From contig CAZGTC010000004.1 in assembly GCA_964528395.1 (NCBI GenBank), positions 26,840 through 90,839 of the forward strand: a stretch of DNA of 64,000 bases, given 5' to 3'. A program made the position numbers and the translations under genes. Source of the DNA: an uncultured bacterium. GTDB taxonomy: Bacteria; Margulisbacteria; WOR-1; CAZGTC01. Below the pieces are notes generated by a model. The model had not been told where the DNA came from. It saw only the letters and a list, made by a program, of their open reading frames with translations, and did not search any database. Position 1 is the stretch's first letter, and each line of letters opens with the position of its first letter. Positions 39,250 to 50,300 of this stretch are shown here, one piece after another.

Positions 39250-40743
39250 TTAATCTCGTATAATTATCTGATCAATCCCCGCCCCCACCCCAATCCCATA
39301 AACATCTACTTCTAATTGCTTTTGAATAAACCAGATCAGTTCTTTTGCTTCTCGCGGCAAACCATCAAAAGAATTTATCTGGCCAATTTCTCTTTGCCAT
39401 CCGGGAAATTCTCTATAGATAGGAGTAGCCTGTCTTAATATATCAGTTAAAGTCGTATCTCTTTCTGTTTGATTAATCCCCTGAAGGCTTCTTCCTTCAT
39501 ACCTTTGGGCAATCTTGACCTGGCTTAAGCTATCCAAGCGGTCTAGACAACTAATAAATAACCCTTGTATTTCAGGGTTAAGCCTTAGGGAATATTTTAG
39601 CAATTCGAGGTCCAGCCAGCCGATCCTAAAAATCTGCTGCAAAGGAGAATTATCTCCTCGCACATCATCTCTCAAAGGATTATGTTCTTTTCCTGGTTTA
39701 ATAATTTCTGTAGGCAACGGGGCATTCCCCAGGTCCCAACGGTGCATATAAGGGCGAAATACCCCAATTGCTTCAAATTTATCCATTGGCAGACTGGTAG
39801 ATACATTTAAGGCTGAAGCCATGGCATGGGTCGGGCTATTATAGGGGTATGTTCCATTAACACGGTCAAGCAATACCCCTTGAGACCCTTCTGCAACAAT
39901 AGAGGCCCCGGCTTCGTATTGTTCTTTTATATAACTTAACCCCTGGCTTTCATCAACAATCTTTTCGCTAAAAACTGATCTCCAAGCCCGGCATAAATTA
40001 TAGAGATACTGCAGTTCAAAATGTTCTGGATTATAATGCCTTGAAACTAAGCCCGCAGAACAACTTAAAATCCCCTGTGCTTTAGTACAATTGAATTGTA
40101 GGAGAATTTCTATTTTTTGCTTTAATTCTTCCTCTGATAAAAACAAATCCCTTACTTGCAGGCCGCGGCCTTCTTGTTGGTCTAAGTAAGCAGGAAAGAT
40201 TCCTCGGCCAATAGTACTATGCCCAGCTTGCCCTTGATAAGCTGCCTGCATACGGTTTATATCAATGTGAAAAGGAAGAACCAAAAAAGCTGCATTGCTG
40301 ACAAACACCCGGTTTTTTACGTCAAAACCATGGTTTATCTTAAGGCTATCAAATTCTGCTTGCAGGCGAGAAAGGTCTACCAGCATCCCGGCCCCCAAAA
40401 AACCCTTGTTATTAGGGTGCGCCAAAGTTGCCATAGGCACTTGGTTAACTACAACTTTACAATCCGGGGCATATTCAATCCCATGCCCTGCTTGCGGCCC
40501 TCCATTATAGCGAAAGCCTATAATTGCGGCATTAGGTCTATCGCTGCGCAAGGTATCCGCCATACGAAAAGCCAAGGCTCCTTTGCCCCCATCGCCAAAT
40601 CCCAAGTCAACGATTAAATGCGCTGTGCCTTTTTTTTCTAAGGCTCCCCTAAAAGGCCAATGCTGACGGAAAAAAGATGGCTTATGGCCAATAAAAATAG
40701 TCCTTTGACCCTTATGAATACGAAGAGATGAATGTGATTTCAT
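39250..40743 (-). CDS. Divergent adenylosuccinate synthetase (PurA)-family protein with N-terminal extension and altered aspartate loop.
   Basis: PurA motifs in order: GFGDGGKGA (QWGDEGKGK), GGPQAGHG (GGHNAGHT), STIGRGIFPAYLDQQEGRGLQVRDLF ([25 protein letters not shown]), EGSQGVLLDRVNGTYPYNS ([21 protein letters not shown]), IGWLDL (TGWLD), CLDRLDS (TKLDVLDG), GAGIDQIIIRD (GPDRTETMILRD). The GATTGRRRR Asp-binding loop is replaced. Confidence 0.65.
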   Translation of the reverse strand: MKSHSSLRIHKGQRTIFIGHKPSFFRQHWPFRGALEKKGTAHLIVDLGFGDGGKGALAFRMADTLRSDRPNAAIIGFRYNGGPQAGHGIEYAPDCKVVVNQVPMATLAHPNNKGFLGAGMLVDLSRLQAEFDSLKINHGFDVKNRVFVSNAAFLVLPFHIDINRMQAAYQGQAGHSTIGRGIFPAYLDQQEGRGLQVRDLFLSEEELKQKIEILLQFNCTKAQGILSCSAGLVSRHYNPEHFELQYLYNLCRAWRSVFSEKIVDESQGLSYIKEQYEAGASIVAEGSQGVLLDRVNGTYPYNSPTHAMASALNVSTSLPMDKFEAIGVFRPYMHRWDLGNAPLPTEIIKPGKEHNPLRDDVRGDNSPLQQIFRIGWLDLELLKYSLRLNPEIQGLFISCLDRLDSLSQVKIAQRYEGRSLQGINQTERDTTLTDILRQATPIYREFPGWQREIGQINSFDGLPREAKELIWFIQKQLEVDVYGIGVGAGIDQIIIRD

Positions 40744-40767
40744 GACTATCCCTCTAATTATATATCG
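40744..40767 (-). promoter_or_regulatory. Locus motif instance 2 (minus strand): CGATATATAATTAGAGGGATAGTC immediately before the ATG of the PurA-like gene.
   Basis: Reverse complement of 40744-40767. GAGGGA RBS 5 nt before the ATG. Confidence 0.55.
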
Positions 40768-40855
40768 GTATTTTTAGCCAATAATTTCAAGCTTAAATAT
40801 TTATTTTTCATTTAAAAAAAATATATGCTGCTCTGAAATTTTCGGCCTTTTTTGT

Positions 40856-40880
40856 CGATATATATATGAGAGGGAAATTT
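40856..40880 (+). promoter_or_regulatory. Locus motif instance 3: CGATATATATATGAGAGGGAAATTT immediately before ATG 40881 of the 2168-aa gene.
   Basis: Same architecture as instances 2 and 5. The divergent intergenic region 40744-40880 carries one copy for each direction. Confidence 0.55.
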
Positions 40881-43800
40881 ATGGCAACGAATAGAATGGC
40901 AGTTTCACCCATTAGATTTTCAAACCGGTCTTCTCTGGCCGTGGAATTTACCCGTTGTTTAAAAGATTTTTCTACCCTTGAACAAAAAAGAAATTTTATT
41001 GCCTGTATGGCCAGTTACGGCGTAATCAAAGAAAAATACGCCCCCCAACTTGTGGAAAGCGCCTCCCCAAGCGCAGTTGAACGCACGCATCTTTCTATGA
41101 TGCTTACCCAGGAAAGATTAGATAGCGCAATGGATATCTGGGGAAAAATATCTGCGGAAAATCCTAGCCCATTAAGCGCAGCCACTTCTCCTTCAACACT
41201 AAAAAGCAAAATCCTAAATATTATCTGGGACATCCGGGATGGGCTTTTGCCTTTGCTGTATTCTAAAAGAGATATCATCAGTGCCAAGCATCGTTCCTTG
41301 CTAACCCTTACCCTTATCCGACAGGCTGCCAAAGCCTACTCCGGATTAAGTGACCTGGCAGAATCTGCAGAGATCAACTGGTCTTCTGACGGGAATTTTG
41401 CCAATCCGCGCGAAGCACAGCTGGTCCACCAAGCCCTGCTTGAAAACCAAAAAGACCTGGCCCAAAAAATGTCTCAAGATTCTTTGGCAGTTATCAAATA
41501 TCTTGTTGAAAAAGGCCATTACATTAACCAAAGAAGGATTTCCCCGAAAGAAAGGGATCTTTATGTTCGCATTTCAGAAACTTTAAGAAAAATAAGCTCT
41601 GGCCAGGAATCTGCAGAAGCGTTAGCCGGAGAAATTAACGGGCTAATTGAAGCATATGAAAAAACCTTGGTCTTGAGTTTTTATGCTGCGGTCAGCGATC
41701 GCCTCCGCCCACAAAAAAAAGGGCTGACAAAAATAACCAACAGCTTAAGGGAAATAGCAAGGGATGCCCAGGCAGTCGTACAAGCACAAAAAAATCTAGA
41801 AGAAGCACGAAAAATAAAAGATGAGAACTTCAATCCCGAAACTAATAAAGATTTCGAAAATAAAAAAACCCTTCTCGAAGGTGCGCAGCAAGAGTTTGCT
41901 GACGCAATTAGAGAATCGATCCTGCATATCAATGACCTGCTCACCTCAAACGAAGATAAAAATTTCCTTCTAAAAATAATCGCTGGAAGCGCAATCTTTT
42001 TTTCTATTATTTTTCTGTTCTACCGCTGGTATATGGGAATTGCAACTAACGCAGGAACTGGCCTCTTAAAAACTGCTAGCCTTTCTTTGGTTGTTGCGGA
42101 AACTTTTTATAATGGTTTAGCCATTATCTACCAACTAGGGGTCATCCGCAGCAGTGCCCATGCCAATGGAGAAGGCTATCTTCCTCTTATGCGCAAAGGA
42201 TTGGACCCGGATAAAGATAAAAGACCCCCTTATGCTTTTGTCTTGACCATGGTAGAAGAATCTGTGGGAGCTATTTTTGAGAACATTCGCAGCCATACTC
42301 GCTCGGCTTGGGAATATGGGAAAAAATGCCATGTTTTGGTCTGCGATATGTCCTCCCTCCTGTTTAATAAGATTGGGGCATTGGCTGCTACAACCCTCTC
42401 CCAAAAAATGACTGCCCGTAAATTAATCGTTAAATCTGTGGCCATTTCCAAGGGGATAAGTTCCGCCAAAGCAGAAGAGCTTTCTTCGGTCATAGCCTCA
42501 CAATTTACCGAAGTAGACGACAAAGAATGCCGCTTCTGGTGCATTGCCCGTGTGGCTGAAATTGGCCGAAAATTTTATCTTCCTGAAGCCCGAGTAAAAG
42601 AATTAGGGAAAAAGCTCGCGAAATTATTCGAACAGCGCAACCAGGATAAAAGTCCCTTAGACCATCTGGAAGTTCCTGTAACTTTAAAATGGATAACCGA
42701 CCAGCTCATTGCTATGGGGGGACAGGGAGAAAAAATCCCGCTAATCGCTGAATTGATTGAAAAAGAACTTCATTCCCTGGTAAGACGCTCTAGTATTTCG
42801 CGCGTTTTTCATTTGGTTTTTTGCGGAAAAAATCTTTCTTTAGCAGAAAGAAAAAATTTGGAAAACAATCTCTGCCTTGAATTCAAGATTACCCCCAACC
42901 AAGCCCAACTTTTAACTGGCGAAATCATGGAAAATGTTGCACAAATTGAAAAGATCGCATCTGAAGCAGTTGGAGAGCAGGATTTCTTTTCATACCCATC
43001 TGCCCTTAGGCTTTATAATGGGTTAAGGGCTGTCATGGGACAGTTTATGATCAATGATAAACGCACTGCCCTTATCTCTGAAAGCCTTTTTGAAAAAATT
43101 CAAAAGATCGTTCAGAATGAACTCTACATGGGCAAAGAAGCTACCCGTTTATCCTTGGGTCAGGGCCCTCAAGTCTGGAAAAATTCTAACGAAATAGGAA
43201 CTGCCATTGCCCAAGGCATTGATAAGCTAAGAAATTATTCTTTAATGATCGAGGACCAAATAAAAACCATTCCTAATCCTTCTTTCAAAGATATTGAAAA
43301 CGCCCGTGAAAAAGCTTGGGAAGAATATAGTCGAAAAGTGAAAAACACGGTTTTTAGAATAGGAAAAAAACACGGCTTAACTACTAAAGAAAATGAAAAA
43401 ATCGCCAAGGCTATCTTGGAAAATTTTGAAGAAAACAAAAAAGTTCGCGACCTTGCCAGCCATGAATTTGCCAACCAAGTCATAAAATTTGCCCGGGCAA
43501 TTGTACAAAACAACCAAAAAATTTCGGATGAAGAATTATTAAATGACCTGCTAACTAACCTAAGGATCAAACCAACCGGAGATCAAAAAGGCGGAGTAGG
43601 CTTGGCAGTAAGCTTGCTTTTAAAAGATATGCAAGTTGCTGCAACCGAAGCGCAAAAAAAGTTTGCCACCCAAGCTTTTGACGCAACCTTGGATCCTGAA
43701 AAAGATCGCCAAGAATTGATCAATAAATTACAGGGTAAAGATAAAGACGGCAAACCTATCCCAAAAACCGAATTACCCGAAGGGTTTTTCCCTTTTTCTC

Positions 43801-46800
43801 AAGAAAGAGCCACAGAATTTGTAGATGCTTATATAAAAATGTATAAACGCCAAGTCGGCTTGCTAAAAGAATTGGTCCCTAGCCTTCGGAGCCTTGTTAT
43901 GGGCGGACCAGAAGATTCTGTCGCTGGTATTGAGGGGGGATTGATTTCTCCCATCCAGGCCAAACGCACAGATGGCGGGAATATTATGGTTGGAGAAACT
44001 CTTATAGATTTAGAAGAAATAAAAAAAGATATTGGGGAAAGAATCCGTAAAGTTGATGTTGACTACCGTGGAGGAGCCAAGGCTGGAGTTATCTGCTCTG
44101 CTATTCTTGGAGGCACGATCCCACAATATATTGGGGAACAACAACGCTGGACACTCCATCAAATGATTGAAGAAAGAATCTTTAACCGCCGCCGCGTTCC
44201 TCAACAGATTATTACTAGAATTGATACTCAAATTTCTGGTCAAAGAGGTGTATTGCCACGTTCCCTGGATGAAAAATTATGCGATGCGGATTTTATTGCC
44301 ACAATCATTGTTAATGCCTTGGAACAAGGCAAAAAAACCGATGAAATTCTTGATCTGCTCATCAATGAAAAATGGAAGCTGGGCAAAGATATTGCTCCCA
44401 GCCTGCTGCTTAATCTAAGAGAAATAATTGCTGAAATCAATTGGAATCTTGTTTTTGGCCACTTGATCAATCGCATAGGACAAGAAACATCTGGAGAAAA
44501 AAGGCAACGTCTTGTCAGCAATATTCCCGAATTAGTAGAAGCGGTAGCAAAAAATCGCGGCTTATCCAAAAAAGAAAAAACCCTTATGGCAAAATGGGGA
44601 GAAAAAATTAAAGCTAACATAAATCAGGGACTATTTGTAATTGCTGGCAATGGGGACAACTATTATCTTAGGTTGCATGAAAACGCTGCGCGCAATAATC
44701 GCGTTGAAGAGGCTCTTTTTGAGCATTACCACGAGACCCTCCGCAGCTATTACCAAAACTTTATTTTTGGGTCTCCTACTGCAGAAAATGATATTTATGT
44801 ACAAGCCCATAACAGCTATATAAAAAAGTATGATATTCAAGGGGATGAAAGTTGCAGCGCCAAAAGTTTGGTTAATATAATCATAGAATTAACCCGCGCA
44901 GGAAAAGGTGCTGATACTATTCTTGAGACAGTTCAAGACCAATGGCAGGCTCAAAACAACAAAGAACGTCAAGCTGGATTGAAAAAAGTTGTCCTAGAAG
45001 TACGAAAACGCATTGTCCTGGGAGAACTCCTTCCTTCAATAATAGCTAGCCCTCAAAGCGAAGAAGGCTTTGTAATTAACCTTAATGCCCTCAAAGAGCT
45101 CTATGGTATTTCTGACCCGGAATTAACAATATTAAAACCAGAAGCAAACAAAATTCAAGAACTAATCAAAGATATTTTTACTTCTGCCTCCATAGGGAGC
45201 CTAAAAACAGAAATTGACCCCCATAATAATCGATTAAGAATTACTCTTGCAGATAAAGAAAATAGCGTGGCAGTTGCCCGGCATCGCCAAATAACAAAAG
45301 AATTAGAATTTTATCAGGCCCATATTCTATCTCCAAAACAACCAACTGCCGAGCAGATCGCCCAAGAGCTTATTATTCGCGGCCGCCTTCCGCTTACTAC
45401 CTATAGGCGCGAGGCCTTTGCATCCGAAATCCAAAAGACCGCTCCTCTTTTAGAAACTGCTTATAAAGCCGTAGAACCGCAGGTCCAAGAAATCAAAAAA
45501 AAGAAAGAAGCCGAAGGCTTATCTACAGATGAAGCCTTAAGGCAAACCACCTTAGAAGCTCTTGACCTAATAAAAGCGCAGATGGAAAACCTAGTTAAAT
45601 CTTCGGGCATGAAAAATTATTTGAACGAAAATATTCCCGAAGCTTCTACCCTGAAATATACCGGCTTTCACTGCGATGACGCAGATTATCGCGCCCATCG
45701 TACCGCAGCCACGGATCAGGCTCCTTACTTGCAAGAAAGAAAAGGCCTTGTCATGACCGGCCAAAGGCAATTCGGAAGAGACCGCGGAAAACCCATGGCT
45801 GACGCCTTTCAAAGCGGAGGCAACGCTTACTGGGGATTTACCAATATCAGTGCTTCACTTTTGGGAATTACTCCTTCTTGGGGATCTTGTGTTTCTTACT
45901 CTTCCAGATCTTATCGCCACAGCGCTTTTTGGATCGGAGCCATTCCTTACGAAGGCACAGTAGCTAAATATTTTGGTTATACTGGGAAATTCCAGCTTAA
46001 AAAGCTCTTAAATATTACCTCTGATTATTTATATGAACTATATATCAATTCCTCTTTTTATAAAGAGAGAGAGATGGTCTGGCCTTTGGTTATGGGGCGC
46101 TTAGCCAAAAAAATTGCCGGGGCCGGCGCTTTTTGCTTTGATTTAGCTTATGCTTTTTCTTTTCTTATTGCGCGGGATAGCTTGAATTATCTGTCTTCTC
46201 ACGGTTTTATGCCCGGGTGGCTGCCAGACAGCATAACCAATATTATTGAACGCCCGATTGACAAGAAAAAGCTTTTGGAAAAAAGCCCAGCCTCTGGGCC
46301 AATGGAGCTTTTTGCGATTCAAGACTGCACAACCGAATCTGAAGATATTGCTTCAGGAATCCACTTTTTTAGGGAGATCCGCTTTGCCACCGAATTAGCT
46401 AATCCTTGGTGGGAAAGATGGTTAACCAGCTTAACCAGAGCTCCAGAAGGCTTATGGAATGCCCTTTTTATTGAAGGAATCGGGTCTTTAGGGGCCCATT
46501 CAGATGGTATCAATAGTGCTAATGTTACTTTTTATGCACGTTGGGCTCGCGGCAATGAAGCCATTATTTGGGATATATTATCCACCCCCATGGGATTTTC
46601 CAGAAAACTTCATTTTGCGGCACTTTCATTATTTTGGAATACCGGCTTGTTCAGGCCAATGTTGATCCTTTCTCCTATGGCTTTTATGGGATTGGGCATT
46701 TCTACGGTTTTAATGGGGGCTAATCCTTTGGGCTTCTTATCTCTTTTAGTTCTTTGTTTTGGATTTAACATGACTGCTTTCTTATACTCTATGCGCAAAC

Positions 46801-47372
46801 GCGGATTTTTTAGATGGGACAACATGAAAGAAACCTTGGCTTGCATGTATTTAGATTTTGGCGGATTAAACCGCATGCTCAAATCTTTTTATCAAGGCAC
46901 GATCTGGGGGGAAAGGCCGCCCTTTGAACCTTCTCCTAAAGAAAGTGTAGTTATTGAAAAAGTCCCGCTACGCAAGCTCTGGATGGAATATGGCCTGCTG
47001 GCTGGTAATGCCACTGCCCTAGGCTATACCATGCTTTATGGTTTTAGCCCGCAAATTAAACAAGCTGTAGCCCTGCTTTCGCAACAAGCTGCGGATTATA
47101 TACCGCTTATGGGAGGAACCCCAGAAATGCTGCTTGCTGGAGTTTGGACTGCTTTTCATGGGGTATTGATCGGCACTGCCCTGAAAAAATTTAATAAAGG
47201 GGTGTATACCGAAAGGCCTTATGTGGGAACCCTAAAGGCGATCTGGAAAGATTTATCCCCTGGGCCAAATACGCATATAAATAAAGGCACCAACTATGAT
47301 AATAATCTTCTCCTTCTCAAAGAAGAAGGCAATGGAGGGCTAACCTACGGCTATTTAGCTATGCCTAATTAG
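40881..47372 (+). CDS. Giant membrane protein (~2163 aa) with a central TM hairpin and a C-terminal polytopic membrane domain.
   Basis: Uninterrupted ORF. Hydrophobic segments at aa ~370-420 and multiple near the C-terminus (LILSPMAFMGLGISTVLMGANPLGFLSLLVLCFGF...). Start set to the ATG at 40881, which aligns with the conserved motif/RBS; the track start 40866 lies inside the motif. Confidence 0.5.
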   Translation: MATNRMAVSPIRFSNRSSLAVEFTRCLKDFSTLEQKRNFIACMASYGVIKEKYAPQLVESASPSAVERTHLSMMLTQERLDSAMDIWGKISAENPSPLSAATSPSTLKSKILNIIWDIRDGLLPLLYSKRDIISAKHRSLLTLTLIRQAAKAYSGLSDLAESAEINWSSDGNFANPREAQLVHQALLENQKDLAQKMSQDSLAVIKYLVEKGHYINQRRISPKERDLYVRISETLRKISSGQESAEALAGEINGLIEAYEKTLVLSFYAAVSDRLRPQKKGLTKITNSLREIARDAQAVVQAQKNLEEARKIKDENFNPETNKDFENKKTLLEGAQQEFADAIRESILHINDLLTSNEDKNFLLKIIAGSAIFFSIIFLFYRWYMGIATNAGTGLLKTASLSLVVAETFYNGLAIIYQLGVIRSSAHANGEGYLPLMRKGLDPDKDKRPPYAFVLTMVEESVGAIFENIRSHTRSAWEYGKKCHVLVCDMSSLLFNKIGALAATTLSQKMTARKLIVKSVAISKGISSAKAEELSSVIASQFTEVDDKECRFWCIARVAEIGRKFYLPEARVKELGKKLAKLFEQRNQDKSPLDHLEVPVTLKWITDQLIAMGGQGEKIPLIAELIEKELHSLVRRSSISRVFHLVFCGKNLSLAERKNLENNLCLEFKITPNQAQLLTGEIMENVAQIEKIASEAVGEQDFFSYPSALRLYNGLRAVMGQFMINDKRTALISESLFEKIQKIVQNELYMGKEATRLSLGQGPQVWKNSNEIGTAIAQGIDKLRNYSLMIEDQIKTIPNPSFKDIENAREKAWEEYSRKVKNTVFRIGKKHGLTTKENEKIAKAILENFEENKKVRDLASHEFANQVIKFARAIVQNNQKISDEELLNDLLTNLRIKPTGDQKGGVGLAVSLLLKDMQVAATEAQKKFATQAFDATLDPEKDRQELINKLQGKDKDGKPIPKTELPEGFFPFSQERATEFVDAYIKMYKRQVGLLKELVPSLRSLVMGGPEDSVAGIEGGLISPIQAKRTDGGNIMVGETLIDLEEIKKDIGERIRKVDVDYRGGAKAGVICSAILGGTIPQYIGEQQRWTLHQMIEERIFNRRRVPQQIITRIDTQISGQRGVLPRSLDEKLCDADFIATIIVNALEQGKKTDEILDLLINEKWKLGKDIAPSLLLNLREIIAEINWNLVFGHLINRIGQETSGEKRQRLVSNIPELVEAVAKNRGLSKKEKTLMAKWGEKIKANINQGLFVIAGNGDNYYLRLHENAARNNRVEEALFEHYHETLRSYYQNFIFGSPTAENDIYVQAHNSYIKKYDIQGDESCSAKSLVNIIIELTRAGKGADTILETVQDQWQAQNNKERQAGLKKVVLEVRKRIVLGELLPSIIASPQSEEGFVINLNALKELYGISDPELTILKPEANKIQELIKDIFTSASIGSLKTEIDPHNNRLRITLADKENSVAVARHRQITKELEFYQAHILSPKQPTAEQIAQELIIRGRLPLTTYRREAFASEIQKTAPLLETAYKAVEPQVQEIKKKKEAEGLSTDEALRQTTLEALDLIKAQMENLVKSSGMKNYLNENIPEASTLKYTGFHCDDADYRAHRTAATDQAPYLQERKGLVMTGQRQFGRDRGKPMADAFQSGGNAYWGFTNISASLLGITPSWGSCVSYSSRSYRHSAFWIGAIPYEGTVAKYFGYTGKFQLKKLLNITSDYLYELYINSSFYKEREMVWPLVMGRLAKKIAGAGAFCFDLAYAFSFLIARDSLNYLSSHGFMPGWLPDSITNIIERPIDKKKLLEKSPASGPMELFAIQDCTTESEDIASGIHFFREIRFATELANPWWERWLTSLTRAPEGLWNALFIEGIGSLGAHSDGINSANVTFYARWARGNEAIIWDILSTPMGFSRKLHFAALSLFWNTGLFRPMLILSPMAFMGLGISTVLMGANPLGFLSLLVLCFGFNMTAFLYSMRKRGFFRWDNMKETLACMYLDFGGLNRMLKSFYQGTIWGERPPFEPSPKESVVIEKVPLRKLWMEYGLLAGNATALGYTMLYGFSPQIKQAVALLSQQAADYIPLMGGTPEMLLAGVWTAFHGVLIGTALKKFNKGVYTERPYVGTLKAIWKDLSPGPNTHINKGTNYDNNLLLLKEEGNGGLTYGYLAMPN

Positions 47373-47385
47373 GTTAGAAAAATTT

Positions 47386-50300
47386 ATGGGAGTTTTAACA
47401 AGAATATTTAATTATTTTAGAAAACCAGCTATTCAACGGCCCGCGGCTCCTCCACCTCCGGTCAATGCTTCTAGCTGGAATCCAACCATGTCGCGCCGGG
47501 CTTTTTTGGCTGGATCAGCAACTGTTGTGGGTTTGGGCTTAACTGCTTATGGAGGAAAAAGGATTTCAAACTGGCTCGGTTCTCCCCATCCTCAACCAAT
47601 AGAACCTATGTCGTCATCCCCTTTAAGCCAGAGCCAGCTTTCTCTCATTAAAACCTGGTGGAAAACTCATGTGCAAACTGTTCCTGTAAAGGGACAAAAT
47701 AATCCTATTTCTTTTGTCATACAAGAAACAGATAAAAATACAGGCGGACTCAAAGTTGTTTCTGAAGGCATTCCTTGGGGATTAGCCTCTGCTCGACACT
47801 TAAATAGCCAAGATAGATTTGACCAGGTTTTGCGTGGCCTAAGACTGATGATGAGAGACGGGTTACCTTCTTGGAATAATCTTCTGAAAAAAGAACCAGC
47901 CCAAAATAGTTTTTCCTTTGAAACCGTTGATTCCAATCCTGCCATGGACGCAGACCTGCAAATCGTAGCCGAGTTAATTCAAGCCGCACGCCTGCAAGAT
48001 AAAAAGATTTGGGGAAATGGAGAATTTGACTATGCCAAAATCGCCCAGCATATGCTGAATATGCTTTATGATAGCTATGTTTCTTATGACGGGGCTTTTG
48101 CTAGCCTTGCCCCCAACCCTCACGAAAAAGGCGGAGCCCAAGGGTATGTCAAAAATTTAAGCTATATTTCTATTGCTATCCTAGAAGTAATTCGCGATTT
48201 TGATGCCAATACCTCGCACCAATGGAATGACATAATTAATTTTGAACAAATTAGCCGAAATAAAATTATCTCTGCCAAAGAATATCATCAAGGCGAAACT
48301 GCTGCGGTTAATGCTCCTATCACCCGCTTGCCAGATTGGGTACGTTTAGGAGTAGAACAAAAATATGATAATGGGAGCTATTCTAATGAATATAAAATTT
48401 TTATTGATGCAAAACGTTCCAGCAATTTTGGCTATGAAGCGATCCGTTGTTTATGGCTGATTGCCCAAGACGGGCTATATGCAAGGGATCCGGAAATCCA
48501 AAAACAAAACCAAGAACTAGCCAAATTTCTCATTGGCCAAATATTAGCGCTGGCCAAATCGCAAAATAAACCCCCAGAAGAATTTATCGCTGAAATTGAA
48601 GTTGGCTCTGAAAAAAATAAAGAACCAAAAACTCTTTATGCTGGCTACGCGGCTTTGGCTTATGCCGCTAGTTTTTTGCCGCAAAAAGACCAAGCCGCGG
48701 ATTATGCCGCACTTTCTAAAAATTTAGCCCAAAAAGCCCAAGAAGGGGGAACTTTCCACGGGCGCTATTATCAAGATAGTTTAATTTTGTTCTCCTCTCT
48801 TATGCTTAAACAAGCCTTTCATTGGCAGCCGCAACAGCCTTATGTTAATGGGGAAAGCAAGGACTCGCAAAATATTTTGCGTAAATATTGGCCTTATCCA
48901 TTTTTCCATCTTAAGTTTACTTATTACCTAACTGCCCATCAAAGGGCTTTGCTTGGATTAGCCAATGCCCGGGCCGCGGTTTATAACTCTTATGCCTGGG
49001 CTGGCAACTGGAGAAGAAGCCGGGTGACCAACCATTTCCGCAATCGCATTACTTATGGACAACAGCTCGCACTCTTTGGCATGGTAGAGGGCGCCATAGA
49101 ACAGTTTACCTATATTTTAAAACACGCAGACCCTGGCAGAAACTTAAGAGAAATTCGGGAAGCTGCTTATGGCTTAGAAGGCAGCTTGCGCAGGGGCGGA
49201 ATCCCGGCTTTTAAAGCTGTGCGCATATACGAACAAATTATTGAAGAAAGAAGCCAAAACAAACGTTCTTCTTTGGCTTATTTATACGTGGGCTTAGCTC
49301 AAGCCTATTTAGAAACTTATAGTCAAAAATTTCTGTTTCTAGCCCTAGCTAATGCAAGAATTGCTAGGAACCTAAGCAATGCACCCTACGATAATGAAGC
49401 TTATGTAAAAGCCTGTTTCTTATTCGCTGTAGCCCATCAGCGTAAAGGCGAACATCTTCTCAACAACATAGGAAAAGAAGTTTCTATAGAACGAGTTAAG
49501 ACTTTTATTGATGCAAACAAAATTATCGCAGAATTTGATCAAGCCCGCCAAGCCCTGATAAAGGCTTTGGAAATAATCAACACTGTTTTTACAGAACAAA
49601 ACAAACTTTCTTTGTTGGGCTATTTTGATCATTATCTTTCCATTGATGCGGATTTGTATAAAGACCTTCGAAGATGCGGTTCTTTTAGGGCTGCGTTGTT
49701 CTTTCAAATCGCAGAACTAGACAAACAAAAAGCAGATGCTTTTTCTCAAATTGTTGGGCTTACCGATCAACAAAAAATCGATCAGAAAAATGCTTATAAA
49801 AGCGCGCGTGAGTATTATTGCAAAGCTCTGGAAGATAAAGATATTACTCCTAATTTATGCCTTAGCTCAATTAGTAAGATCATTGATACTTACCGTGAAG
49901 AAGCGGATTATGCCATTAAAAATAGCCACGGCATACCAAAAGGCCGGCCCCTTACAGAACCTGCACACCTGCGTGAGTTAAACGCGCATCCTGCTTTTAG
50001 AGAAGCTCAAAGACTCATGACTTTTGCCTTAACGAGCTTTCAAAATCCTCCGGCCAAAAAACCAGAAAAAATAGACAGGGACACCCCGTGGATTTCACCA
50101 GAAGAACAAGCCATTACCATTGGAACCTGCGTTATTAAAGACGGGACTCCCCAACCCAAATGGTATGACCAGCTCTTACGCGAAACAAACCTACAAGATA
50201 AAAAACGCGCTTATGAATTAAGGTTAGCCGAGCTTACACTAAGAAATACGCTTCTTGGCATTGTTGCTGAATCCGCTCAACCACAAGAAGCCATGAGAAT

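Noticed and set aside
40866-40868. ATG at 40866 used by the ORF track as the start of the 2168-aa gene.
   Set aside because: This ATG is part of the conserved CGATATATATATGAGAGGGA motif. The downstream in-frame ATG at 40881 aligns with the start-codon position in the two other near-identical motif copies, 5-6 nt after GAGGGA.
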